From: Minutocellus sp. GHC0000111
Taxonomy: Eukaryota
Direction: 5' to 3'
NCBI GenBank assembly: GCA_977018835.1
Contig: OZ361260.1
Location: forward strand, 2,542,001-2,606,000
Length of the DNA: 64,000 bases
Under the pieces are notes generated by a model. It was not told the DNA's origin and searched no databases. It saw only the letters and a list, made by a program, of their open reading frames with translations. The position numbers and the translations under genes were made by a program. This document shows, piece by piece, positions 43,203 through 55,491 of this stretch. Numbering within the stretch: the stretch's first letter is position 1; each line of letters starts with the position of its first letter.

Positions 43203-43933
43203 ATGTTCGGAGGGTTCGGAGCCGGAGCGATGGGCGGGATGCCCCAGCGCTTCGAGGAGTGCTACCACTGCTACTCGGTTGCGTATGCCGACAAGTCCCA
43301 CCTCGAGGTAAGTGAGTCGAGCGAGAAGTCAGTCCAGTCATCATGGTTCAGACAGGATCAATCCATGCAAATCCTTGACGGGAAAGATGGATCGCTGTGC
43401 AGCCAGGGGGGCAGTATTTGCTAGTTTCTGTTTGCTACTGCTCTTGGCTTTGCCGTCTTCCTTTGATTTTTCGATTCATCTCTCATCCCCCCTCGATTCC
43501 CCTTTCATCCCATCGGCACGACAGACCGACAATAATAATACAAATTCGACCCGAATGTCTTTGTCAATATTGTCGATCCTCACGCATTCAACTCATCACC
43601 AAAAACTACCAGAAAGGAGACAAGATCCTCTTACCGCCGTCGGCCTTTGACACCCTGGCCCGACTCCAGGTGGACTATCCCATGCTCTTCCGTCTCGAGA
43701 ACACCGAGAAGGGCACCCAAACGCACTGCGGCGTGCTGGAATTCACCGCCGAGGAGGGCACCTGCTTCATCCCCTTTTGGATGATGCAGAACCTCCTCAT
43801 CGAGGAGGGCGCTCTCCTCACCGTCGTCAACGTCAGCCTGCCCAAGGCCACCTTCGTCAAGCTCCAGCCGCAGCACGTCGACTTTTTGGAAATTACCAAC
43901 CCCCGCGCGGTGCTGGAGCATGCCCTGCGCAAC
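43203..43933 (+). pseudogene. UFD1: UFD1 (ubiquitin fusion degradation 1), 5' ~142 codons only; intron 43308-43612; cut by an insertion
   Basis: [56 protein letters not shown], then unrelated sequence; remainder not seen in the window. Confidence 0.9.
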
Positions 43934-45377
43934 CGATCCCGTTGGGGCCAGTTGGCGCGGCTGGCGCGGCATCCGGTGGATGTCGTTGCTCTTCGGTGGG
44001 CCAGCTATCCCTGACGTGGCACTATGGTGGGTCCATCTCATTCCGAAAGGTTGCAGGAGATCTAAGCGACGATTATGGTTCCCATAACCCGCTCTATGTC
44101 TCTGCTTGTCTTTCTTCACTTCTGTAGTGTTTTTGCTCTGTCGACTTGGAGGTTCTAACACCGTTAGTAATCGTAGACAAGTCTGATCTACATCTATAGA
44201 TCGATCTACTTTAGTATATATTTGTATATATATATGGTTGCCAAGAGTCGAGGCGCTGAGTAGCTTCTGCTTACCCTCGAAGTCTTGAATCGAATTTCGA
44301 TTATGTGACATTCGATTTCTCACTCCACCTCCTTACTAGATCCCTTTGGCGATCGTAGTAAGCTTGAGATGGCCCACCTCCGAAATCTATACTATTTGAC
44401 GGCTACCCCGCCGGTGGTGTTGCTCCGGTTGGGCGAGCAGGTCTGGTAGTATAGAGTTCGCTGCATTGGTCTGAGGTGAGTTGCTGAGTGCTGGCCGCTT
44501 GCTTCTGGCCGATGCTTGACGTTGCCGTAGACGCTGGCACATGTCTACGTGACTTGTCGCGTGCGCCGCGCCGTTTGGGTTTTGCGCTTTTGCGGTTTGC
44601 CGTGGGATTTAGATTTTCGAGTAGATCTACAGCAGCTAGATCGACGTAATCTAGTTATTTTCTTGCACATAACTGTATCTATATGATTTATTGCCCTCCC
44701 GAATGCACTCAACGCGTCGGGAGCTAGGTTACAGTGCAATCCTTTCGATTGCTGCTTCCATAGCTCCGTCATTCCGCTGTCGCCCAAGTTGGGAGACGGG
44801 TGCCGGGGGGAGGAGTGCTGCTCACCTAAGCTGCGGCGGCTGGAAGCACTCGTGTTGCTCCTACATTGATGTAAGGGTTTCTGACGGCCGGCCATCTTTG
44901 TGGACCAGCCTTTGGCAAATAGCTGAATCTGCTCATGGATGTAGTCCTCAAAGGTGGACGACCTCCATCGGCCGTACTTCCTGATGGTTAGGTCGTCGGC
45001 TCCTGCAATCTTAAGGGCTGTGACCCCCCCTGCTCGTAAATCGGCGAGCGAGGGGGTTTGTATGTGTTTCGGTGGACAAATGACCGCCGAAGTGTCTTGA
45101 TATTTTTGTTAATTGATTAGCTTCAAAGCGATCTCCGAACTGAGATCCTTCAAAACGATAGAAACAAACGAAAACTGAGATGAGGAGAAGAACCAGGGTT
45201 AGTACGAGAGGTAACGTCGGTGGCAGGTCGGGGCTCATCCGATCCCGTTGGGGCCAGTTGGCGCGGCTGGCGCGGCATCCGGTGGATGTCGTTGCTCTTC
45301 GGTGGGCCAGCTATCCCTGACGTGGCACTATGGTGGGTCCATCTCATTCCGAAAGTTGCAGGAGATTTAAGCGACGA
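43933..45377. mobile_element. 1.45-kb non-coding insertion bounded by ~140-bp direct repeats (class unknown)
   Basis: Repeats 43933-44072 and 45239-45377 differ by one indel and one substitution; no TG..CA ends, no TSD. Confidence 0.6.
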
Positions 45378-45722
45378 GTAGTTCCGGTTGCGTTATAGTT
45401 GCGTTGCGATTGCGTTGCCCGCCTGCGAGCTCTCTCGGCTTCTGTCCTCCTGTCCACACCAAAATTCACGTGTACGTTGTACAGTAGCCAAATCCAGACT
45501 CTACACATCTTCGCTCTGTAAATTATGTAGTTCGTCGTTGAGTTAGTTAGATGATCTAGTTGTTATAATAGATCTACTTCTTTTTTCATAAATCACAGTT
45601 ACGAATAATTTCGATAACGATCCCTCAGCAGCACAAAAATGAAATGCTCACCCCAGCCGAGTTGAGTTGAATGGTTTTCAAGCCATGATAGCACGTGGTA
45701 AAAATAAAGAAAACACATACCG

Positions 45723-45760
45723 GTCGACTATGCAACCTCCTGTCGACTATGCAACCTCCT
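45723..45760. repeat. Perfect 19-bp tandem duplication spanning the SMC4 stop codon
   Basis: GTCGACTATGCAACCTCCT x2. Confidence 0.9.
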
Positions 45761-48700
45761 CCTCGGCTGCTTCGGTCATCGCTGTGCTTGTATTCATTTG
45801 AATCTTGCTACCAGCATCTTGGACAGATGATGAGGTAGACGCGGCCTTATTGGTCGCATCTGCCAAACCCTTGGGCCGGGAGCCTCGGCCTCCATCTTTA
45901 CCAAATGCCTTGGGATCGATTGTAACACTCTTGGTGCAATTGTTCGTCTTGTAGATGCCCACCAACCTATCGGCGAGCTCGAACATATTGTTCCTCAATG
46001 AAATGATGATGAATTGCGCGTTCTTGGTCCTCTCCTTGATGTAGTTCGCTACGATCGATACATTCTTAAGTCAAGTGCAGCGTCGATCTCATCCATCACA
46101 TAAAGCGGTGTTGGCTTGTAGTGATGAAGTGCAAACACCAACGCCAGGGACGACAGTGTCTTCTCTCCACCAGAAAGGTTGGCAATGTTCTTCCAAGACT
46201 TTTTCGGTGGACGGACAGAGAAAACAATACCCTCCGAGAAGGGATCAAGGGAATCCACTAATTCGAGCTCCGCATCTGATGATATTCGAAGAAGATGGGC
46301 GAAAGAAAGAGGAAGTAGAGTGAGTAAGAGAAACTTTTGAAATAGGCCCACAACAGATAATTCAATACCAAGGTAAACTCACCTCCACCCAAGGTAATCA
46401 TCTGATACATTTCCTTGAGCTTGAGCGAAATCTTTCCGAATCCATCCATGAACATTTCGAGACGGAGCCTTCGGAGCTCTTCGTGCTTCCGTCTAGCCTC
46501 ATTCCTCTGCTCGGTAATCTCATCCAAATTCGCAACCTTGGACAGGTAGTCGGCCTCCTTCTTACGGTAGTCCTCGATAGCTCCCATATTGGCGTTCTTG
46601 GCAATCGAATCACGTTCCTTCTCAAGAGTGGTGATATCTCTCTTGAGATCTTCAGTATCGTACTGCTCGAGGGCACCCTTGGGGAGAGTGGGAAGGGATT
46701 GACGACCAGAGGAGGAGTTGGATTCCTTGCTCTTGTCACCGGTGCTGTTATTGTCACCCTCCTCGTTGTCCTCTTCAATGGAATCATTATCGTTTCCGGT
46801 GGACTCCTCACCATCCTCCTTGGGGGCAGCGCTGGACGACTCATCTTTGTCCTCAGCTTCATCATCGCCCTCATCGTCGGAGAAGTCATAGGCATCGTCA
46901 TTCTCATCGGCCTCATGGAGCTTGGAAATCTCATCATCCCAATGCTGGACACGCCTATCGCAATCTCTGGCGAGCTTCTCAAAGTTGTCGAGCTGTGCGA
47001 CGAGCTCAACTTCGACACACTTGAGCTTGGACTGCATCTGCTTCAGCTCCTCCGACTCCTTCGATACCGACTCGAGCTCTGCACGCTTTTCAGCTTCGAC
47101 CTTCTTCACGTTCTCATATGCTATAAACACAGCCTCTGCACCCTGCTCCAAATCCATACGTTCCGCCATCTTCTTCTCCATCGTCTCCTTGGACTTCTCC
47201 AGATCACTCTGCGCGGTCTCGGCCGCCTTCTGAGCCTTCTTGGCAGCCTTCTGCGAGCTGGTGATGGTAACCTTGGCCGAGCTCAGCTCCTTGCTGGTCT
47301 TGTTCTGCAGATCCAAAGCCTTCTTGCAGGCATCCTGCTGCTTCTTCAGCTTGGGTCGACCAGCGTCGAGGATCGATTTCTGAAGCTTGGCAACCTCGGC
47401 CTCCAACTTGGATGCAAGCATGGCGCAAGATGCCATATCAGACTTGCACTTTTCAGCCTTGGTCTTGAGCTCCTTGAGCTTCTTTTCGTCCTCCTTGGAA
47501 ACAGTGCACTGCTCCCGAAGCTCGGGAATACGCTTCGTGAGCTCCTCACGGGTGGCATCGCAGCCCTCAATCTCCATCGTAAGCTTGGGAAGCTTGACGG
47601 TAAGGCTCTTGATACGACGCTTGAGCGTACGGATCTCCTCCACGAGTGCCCGACGCTTGGATCGGCACTCCTGCAGGTCCTTGAGAGCCTTCTTAGCCTC
47701 AGCCTCAAGCTCTTTGCTGTCCATTTCCTCGGCATCAACGTCCATGGCAACGGCCTGGGAAGAGGAACCGCCCTTTCCGTTCTGTCAAAAATAGATATGA
47801 ATAAGAGAAGCGATGATAAAACTCGTGCCTGAGAAGATACTGTCAATGCCTTAGGCTCAATATCAATAGTCTTCACAGAGAAAAGACTCACCTTGAGACG
47901 CATACCGCCTCTACGAACGGACTTTCCACCACCGGACATGGTTCCAGATCCCTCAATCAGCTTGCCATCGACAGTGACGACTCGCCAGCGCTTGCCAAAG
48001 TCAAAGGCCCAACGGGTAGCGGTATCAAGATCGGGAGCGACCAGGGTGTTGCCAACGCCCAGATAGATGGCGGGGGTAACAGCGGGGTGTCTGGGGCTGA
48101 TAAGATCAAACAGCCTAGGAGCACCCTCCGGTGTCTCAACGGCCCGGTCATGTGCACCCTTCTTGGTCTTGTCCAGAGCGACAAAGTTGGCACGTCCAAG
48201 GTCGTGCTTGCGAAGGAAGGTGAGGCATCGCTGAGCACCAGCTGAGGTCTGGACGACGATGTGATCCAACATACCGCAAGCCGTCGAAACGGCAACGTCG
48301 TACTCCTCATTGATGGTGGCAAGATCACCAAGACGTCCAAGGATACCAACCTTGGACAACTCACCGCCCTTCTTGGCTGCCTCCAGAATTCCGGCAACAG
48401 CCTGCGAGCGACCAGAGCTGGCCTGACGAGCGGCCTTGGCCTCCTCAGCACGTGCCTGCGAAAAGAAAACAAGAATTATGGATATGATTAGAACAATCCG
48501 ACTGGTATCTTTCATCTCATAATACATCCAACCTGGACATATCATCGCATACTACTCACCATGAGGGCCGAATTCTTGGCAGCAAGGGTCTTCTCGGTCT
48601 CAGCCAGAGCCTTCTCCTCTGCCTCGGCATCAATGACGCGCTGCTTGGATTCGGCGAGCTCATCCTCGCAGGCAGCAAGCTCGTCCCTCTTCTTCTGCTG

Positions 48701-50554
48701 CGTGTCGGAGAGGGAGGCCAGCTCCTTCTCAGACACCTCCAGCTGCTCCATGGCACGGGTAGTGGAATCCTCCATGAGCTTGACCTCGGTGGTGGCCTCA
48801 TCAAGGGCGTTCTGGTACACGGCCCGCTCCTGCTTGACGGGGGCCAGCTCCTGCGTCTTCTCCTCGAGCTCAACACGGAGCTGATCGGTCTTGCCCTTGA
48901 CCTGCTCGAAGATTTCCTCGAGCTTGGCATCCTCCTCGGCCTTGGCCTCCTGGCACTCGACGAGCTTCTCCTCCAGTGTGGGGATGGACTCCTCGGCCTC
49001 GGCGGTGGCATCCTCCTCCTTCTTCTTCTCGGCCTTGACCTTGGCCTCGAGCTTCTTCACCTTGGCCTTCTCGGCCTTGACGTCCTCCTTGAGCTGGATG
49101 TCCTTCCGCTCGTACGCGGCGAACTCCTCCTTGGTCTTCTTGAGCTCGGCATGGATCTTGTCGTATTCGGCCGTCTGGGCGGCGATGCCGGATTCGATCT
49201 CGGCAACGCGCTCGTCGGCACCGCCGATCTTGACCCGCTCCTCCTCCAGCGTGGCCTCGGTCTCCCGCTTCTGCTCCAGGGCCTTCTCGGCCTCCTCGTT
49301 GGCGGCCATCATGTTGATCTGATACAGGACGTTCTTCTTGCGGCGGATCTCCCACTCCTTGGAAAGGAGGGCCTCGGCCTCGAGTTTGGCCCCCTCCAGT
49401 CCCTCCTTCTCCTTCTCGACGGCCTTGACGCGGTTGAGCTTCTCCTGCCTCTGCTCGGACAGGGCCTCCACCTTGGCCGATGCCTCCTTGGTCTCGTCGA
49501 GGAACTTGTTGGACCCGATGATGTCCTCCAGGTACTCGAGAAGGCCATCGTCGTCCTCGGTCTTGCCCTTGGGGGGCATCATGGAGATCATCTCGACCTC
49601 GCCCTGCAGGATGAGGAAGCGGTTGTTGTTGAGGTCGATGCCCTTGGAGTCGAGGTACTTGGCCACGTCCTTGAAGGCGCAGTTCTTGCCGTCGAGCTTG
49701 TAGCTGGAGGAGTTGTCCCGGCGGGCGATGCGGGTGACGATGATCTCGCTGCCGGGGACGACGTCGTAGTCCTCGTCGGCGTCTCCGGTGTCGACGATCT
49801 CGTGGAAGTGGACGGAAACGCGGGCATACTGGAGGGGATCGTCCTTGAAGGCGTCGGAGGAGTGGATGAGCTCGGACACCTTGTTGAGCCGGAGCTTCTT
49901 GGCGCGCTTGCCAAAGACGAAGAGCATGGCGTCGATGACGTTGGACTTGCCGGATCCGTTGGGACCGACGACGGAGGAGAAGCATTTGTGGAACGGTCCG
50001 ATCTCCCGCACTCCGGCGTACGACTTGAAGTTCTCCAGGACCTGGTTTGGAGGTGGTTGGGTGATGTTGGGGATGCGTGGGGTGGGGAGGGGGGAATGCG
50101 TGAGATGGATAAGAATATTGGCATGTAATCGAGAACAAATTTGCCAAAAGTAAAAGGGATGTGCCAAATTTGAATCCGTTCGGCATCTGCTGCCATGGCA
50201 TACTCGTATCATGCACCAGATATTCCCCGCCTTGCACACGAAGGGACTCATACGCAAGAGAACATCAACCAATCAATGCAGCGACTGAACTTCTAACTCC
50301 ACCCATCCTCATCTCTGTATGCATTGCCCAATCGTTGAGCACAGAATTATCGGTGAACACCCAGACTCGACACTCGAATCATTTTGATCATCGGAACAAA
50401 AACGCACCATCTTGGAGATCATCAACCGAGGGGGAGGGCCGGAAGTGGCACCGCCTTCGATGTTATTGTTCGGTGCCTCAACCTCCATCATATTTTCGCT
50501 ATCGCTGGAGGCCATATCAGCCGGCGGTGGAGCTTGCTGGTCGGCTTCCACCAT
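45747..50554 (-). CDS. SMC4: Condensin subunit SMC4; exons 50554-50408, 50041-48560, 48455-47892, 47781-46383, 46275-45747; apparent 1-bp deletion at ~46068
   Basis: NFKSYAG, VGPNGSGKSNVIDAMLFVFG, NNRFLILQGEVE, hinge GRLGDL...SGTMSGGG, LSGGEKTLSSLAL, MDEIDAALD; GT-AG introns in phase. Confidence 0.95.
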
Positions 50555-50867
50555 CGTTGCAACGGTTTTTTGGCCGATTTCGTACAGACGGTTTGGGATG
50601 CGGTTGTAAAATTAAGATGAGGAATTCCTAAGATGTGTGCATGCGACGCACCAGCCAGCACTACATGGGATGCGGTTTTTGGCGGCTTGTGCTGAAACGC
50701 ATGCGACGCACCAGCACGTCGTCAACTTTTCAGCCGCTTATCGCTTGTCGAGAAAATAGAAGGGACCGCAGGCAGCAGCAGCAGCAAGTAGTATTTGCTC
50801 AAAAGAGCCCAAGATACGAGTACTTAGTATTGCCTTGAACAAACCACTCTCCACCACAAAATCAACC

Positions 50868-53075
50868 ATGTCGGAGGACGCCAAGATGGAGGACGTTGCC
50901 CCTCCCGCCCCGCCGGCCGCCGAGGGAGCCACCAGCGGCGATGCCGCGGCGGCTGCTGCATCAGCTCCGGCCCCGGCCGCTGCTTCAACCACCGAGGGCG
51001 CAGACGCTACTGGGGAGTCCAAGTCCGACGCCGGCACTGCTACTGCCGATGCACCCGCCGAATCCAAGGAGGACGGTGGCGCTGGTGATGATGCCAAAGC
51101 CCCAGCAGAGGGTGGCGCTGGTGATGACGCTGCTGTCGCCGCCGCTGCTGCCGATGGCGGAACAGCAGCTACCGCCGAACATTCCGCCGAGAGCAAGTCG
51201 GACGCTGCCGCTGCCCCTGCCGACGGTGGCGCCACGGCCGGAGGCTCCGACGACAAGGCCGCCTCCTCCGCCGAGGACGTCACCGACGCCAAGGCCCCGG
51301 CCCCCGCCACCTCCGTCCCCGTCGGCATGGTCACGGCCGCCGAGGCCGCCGCGCAGATGAACGAGAAGCGCAAGGCCCAGCAGGAGGCCGCCGCCGCGGC
51401 CGCCGCGGAGGCCAAGGCCGCCAAGAAGCGGGCGTCGAGCAAGTCCCCCACCGGCGGGGCCGGGGCGGAAGAGCCCAAGAAGAAGAAGGCCAAGAAGAAG
51501 AAGAAGGTGCGTCTCATACATCACTGTTGTTGTTTTGATGGGTTTGGTATTTGATGGAGATCATCTTGAATGTTTCGTCACGTGCTTTGTGCTTGTGCCG
51601 CGCTGGAGATGGAATGGCTTTCTGGCTTGCCCGATTCAGTAAACATTGCCCCCTTAAAAGCAATCACCAAACCATATTTCATTTCACACTCACCACTACC
51701 TCTCCCCTCTCATGTACATAATTCACCATTCATTCACAAAATGCAGAAGGGAGAGGAGTTAGTCGTCTCGGGCCGACGCCTGCCCACGGCCGCCACCCGA
51801 CCGGAGGCGCCCGCCGGTGCCGCCGCCGCGGGGTCGGGTAAGAAGCCCAAGGCAGGGTCGTTGGCTGACAGTGGCAGCGCCCCGTACTCCGCCGCCCAGG
51901 CGGCCGTCAACGAGATGATGCGCAAGGCCCTGGAGGAGGACCAGTACAGCGCCCTGGGCAGCATCGTCGATACCGACTCCGATGACGACGACGTCGGGGC
52001 CGTTGCCAAGAGCACCATGATCGTCGATACCGCCACCATTCCCGCCCCAAACAGCAGCGGTGGCGCCGCCGCGGCTGCCGCAGCCGACCCTACCTCCAGG
52101 AGTGCTCGTACGTCTCCCGTCCCCATGCCCTCCTCTTCCGCCGGCGGATCGGCCAGCACGGCCGTGCGTCTGGATCGGACCATGCTGCAGGCCGCCATGA
52201 AGAAGCGTCTGCGCATCGAGGAGCAGAATTCGGCGCCCCGTACCATTACCGACGACGTTTACCTGTCCGGTGATGAAGACGGGTACGGCACCGATGCCGA
52301 CGATGGCATGTCGGGCGGTGGAAGTGCTCCCGGGAGTCGTCGTGGATCTCCGACCCCCTCGGATTCGTCGAGGCGCCGTGCTCGTAGGGGAAGCCGGCCT
52401 GGCACGGACTCCGAAGACGAGGGTGGCACCTCTGCGAAGAGTGGCACCGGCGATGCCGATGCCGCTGGTGGTCTTGGTGGTGATGATGATGACCTAATGG
52501 ACGAGTTTGAGGAGGCCAGTATCTTTGGAGCCACGGCCGGATCCTCGAATGCCACCTGGGTCGAGTGCGACAAGTGCAAGAAGTGGCGGCGTCTTCGCGG
52601 CGTCGTGGATGCGAAGAAGCTCCCCTCCAAGTGGTACTGTCACATGAACAAGGGCGATCCGGAGCGGGCCAAGTGTTCCGCCCCCGAGGAGGAGTACGAA
52701 ACTCCCGCCACGCCAGAGTCCATGCAGGACATGCGCACTCGGAAGCACCTCCGCCTTTGGGTCCGTCGTCTGCAATGCAACGAGGCTTACGAGTCTCGTC
52801 TCCCCACCATGACGACGCGGGGGAAGAAGCGCTCGACCACCACGTCGGCCAAGGAACCGTACGAGTGGGTCAGATGCTGCAACCCCAGCTGCGGCAAGTG
52901 GCGAGCCCTCCTCCGATTTATGGATGCCACCACCGTCATGGAGCAGTGCAAGAATGGAGAGTGGTATTGTGTCCTCAATACGTGGGACGAGAAGGCCGCC
53001 TCGTGCGCCGCCCCGCAGGAGAATCTGCCTGCTATTGGCTGCCCTCCATGGGTCATGCAGAATGATGATGTTTAA
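50868..53075 (+). CDS. Double CW-type zinc-finger chromatin reader; intron 51507-51746
   Basis: WVECDKCKKWRRL...WYC..N.......CSAPEE and WVRCCNPSCGKWR...WYC..N.WD....CAAPQE; Lys-rich NLS. Confidence 0.85.
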
Positions 53076-53370
53076 ATGCATCATTCCAAGGAGAAAAGAT
53101 TTGACTTGCAGCTGCATGCATGATCTGAGAGTCGGCAGAAGAGAGATATTTGTTTGTTATCACTTTGGGCATGACTAGTTTAAATTAAAGGATATACTTA
53201 GGACTCATCTGATGATGTAAATGTATCAAAATGTAATCTCCATTGTAATTGTTATTCTGTCGACATTATCGTCTCTTATTGTCGTGAAGTAAGAGTTTCA
53301 ATTACAAATGCGGTACATGCAGAACAAATAGACCAGTCTATGCGTGTCTTTATTTTCGTAAGCGCCCTGT

Positions 53371-54747
53371 TTAGACAGCCTCAGTCTGTGTTGGAGTTGG
53401 CTGATAAGCCGGTGATCCCCTTCCCTGCGAGCCAGTGGGCGGACTATTTCGAAGGGAGAGCAGCATGGCAGCATGCTCATCCCCATGCGTCGAAATTTCG
53501 GACGCATCGCGCTTGGAACTGCTGCGTCGAGGGGGCTGATCTCTCCCCTCCCGAGCAATCTCGGCAGCCTCAAGGATGGCGCTCATGGGCGACGAGGCGT
53601 GGCTGGACGATGAGTGCGTTGGAGAGGCGGGGGAGTTGTAGCCCTCAGCCTTGGGCTTCTCTTCCTCTTGCGCCTTGCTCTCTTCGGCGATGGCAGTCTT
53701 GAGGTTGTTGCCCTTGTCAGGAGGGGCGACGACCTTGGAGGCATCGTGCCGAATCCCCTTATCAGTATCGACGAGGCCAAGGTCGTAGGCACTCTGGATC
53801 CAGTACTGCTGGGGAGAACCCATACCCCGGGGCCTGGTCGTCTTGAGGGCTCGGTACGTGAGCTTCATCTTGGTGGGGATGGACTCACAGGCCTCGAAGT
53901 GGAAGCGCTGCATATCGGCGACGGTCTGGTAGATCCGGCTGACGGAGCTGGGGTAGCAGACGGCGCGCTCGGCTCGTTCCTTGGGGTCGAGGTGCTGGCA
54001 GAAGACGCATCGGATGCCCACCTGGCCGACTCGGAGCTTCTGCGCACCCTTGGTATGGCGCATGCTCACCTCTCTGTCGGTGGCGGTGAAGACCTGGACG
54101 AAGTACTGTCGGACGTAGCACTGACGATCGGAGAGGGAGGCCGTGTCGGCGTCGCGGTAGAGGCGGAAGACGACACGTCCTTCGTCTTCGGGCTCTCCCA
54201 TCTGACCAGCACCAACACCCTCGTCGTCGCTCTGGTCGTACGACGATGAGACCTGGCTCCTCTGTGGCGTCCGAGTTGCCATGGTTGCCAATGCATTCGT
54301 CGCCTCGGTAACGGGAGTCGACGACACCATAGGATTCGGGTGGGGATAGCCGAGGTTGAGAGGGGGCATCTGCATCTCGATCGAAGTAGATGCACCGATG
54401 TTCCTTGTACTGGTCGATGGATGAGGAGGCGAAACGACGGCCGTGGTCTTGTTGTCTGGGTTGTAGGGGCAAACCTTCTCGTGAGCGTGAGCTTCTTCGA
54501 ATGTTGAATAGGTCGCTGCCTTGCAATGGTCACAGGCCCAAGTCTTTCTTGCGGGGTGAGCCTGATGGTGATGGTGCGCGTACGGCGAGTACGGATAGGG
54601 GTGGTGCTGAGGGTACGCCTGGTGAGAATACGCTGCTGCTGCATGGGCCATGTGAGGGCTCATCGGCGAAGTACGAGGCTGATAGGCTGCAGCAGCCGTT
54701 GGAGAGGAATGATGCTGCGCCGCCGCAGCGATTGCATCAAGGCCCAT
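53371..54747 (-). CDS. Diatom-type Cys/His domain protein (putative nuclear regulator); true start may lie upstream
   Basis: WACDHC...FEEAHAHEKVC finger; LSDRQCYVR...GQVGIRCVFCQH...AVCYPSS...HFEAC domain. Confidence 0.75.
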   Translation of the reverse strand: MGLDAIAAAAQHHSSPTAAAAYQPRTSPMSPHMAHAAAAYSHQAYPQHHPYPYSPYAHHHHQAHPARKTWACDHCKAATYSTFEEAHAHEKVCPYNPDNKTTAVVSPPHPSTSTRNIGASTSIEMQMPPLNLGYPHPNPMVSSTPVTEATNALATMATRTPQRSQVSSSYDQSDDEGVGAGQMGEPEDEGRVVFRLYRDADTASLSDRQCYVRQYFVQVFTATDREVSMRHTKGAQKLRVGQVGIRCVFCQHLDPKERAERAVCYPSSVSRIYQTVADMQRFHFEACESIPTKMKLTYRALKTTRPRGMGSPQQYWIQSAYDLGLVDTDKGIRHDASKVVAPPDKGNNLKTAIAEESKAQEEEKPKAEGYNSPASPTHSSSSHASSPMSAILEAAEIAREGRDQPPRRSSSKRDASEISTHGDEHAAMLLSLRNSPPTGSQGRGSPAYQPTPTQTEAV

Positions 54748-55491
54748 ACCAGGAGGTGGAGGAGCAGGAGCACTGGAGAAGGACTGGAAGGTTGCTACGG
54801 TCGACCTTTGGACGCTTCTGGTCGCTCGGCGGCGTAGCGAACTCTTCTTGAACAGGGTGAGGCATACGGGAGCAGTGCAGCTTCATCAAAGTTGATCTTC
54901 TTGACTGGAATATGCCGTCAACAACCGCAACTCCTTCGTGAACAACACAGAGAGACAGACGATCGATGATATGATACGGTTGCTACAAGATGAAAATGTG
55001 GAGAGGTGGCACATCGCCCTACATTTCGACGAATTTGGCGTGGATTGGAGCTGCAAATGAAATTTTGAGTGAGAGGACGATCTAAATCGGTCTAAACCGG
55101 GTTACTTTTGATGTTAGAGGTTTTCCTTTTAAGATAAAATCAGAATCTGTGAAATAAATCCAAATACTAATGACGCACTATTTTCTGTTTGTTCAAGTAC
55201 ATGGAAAAAGTCCTATTATGATAACATGGGAAACCCTATCCTCGAGACACGGAAAATGTACGAGTTCGTAAGAAGCAAAAGGAGCGCGGTACCGCCCCCG
55301 CGCCAAAGCGCACATCTTGGCTCTGGTACAATTGGCGTAGGAACTCCATGCTCACAAGTATGCCGACCCTCATCTCTCCGGTTGCCTACCGGCCGTAAGC
55401 CCAGACGAGGCTAGCTAACACTAAGCCGTTACAATCCAAGTCAGGGCGCGTTCAATTAATTATCACCTCTCCTTCTGCCATCATCCTGCTC

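Noticed and set aside
43933..44072. Hammerhead ribozyme (retrozyme) in the direct repeats
   Set aside because: Has CTGACGT and GAAA but no CUGANGA core with proper stems on either strand by eye
47745..47892. Apparent frameshift between the SMC4 hinge ORF and the C-terminal ORF
   Set aside because: Resolved by intron 47891-47782 (RLK/NGKGGSSSQAVAMDV in frame)
46398..50237. Long alternative-frame and antisense ORFs over SMC4 (e.g. 46483-47832 +, 48870-50237 -, 49151-50128 +)
   Set aside because: Shadow ORFs from high GC3 codon bias; no independent motifs
54747..54870. Upstream frame MPHPVQEEFATPPSDQKRPKVDRS as the frameshifted true start of the 53371-54747 gene
   Set aside because: Plausible but unsupported without homologs or transcripts
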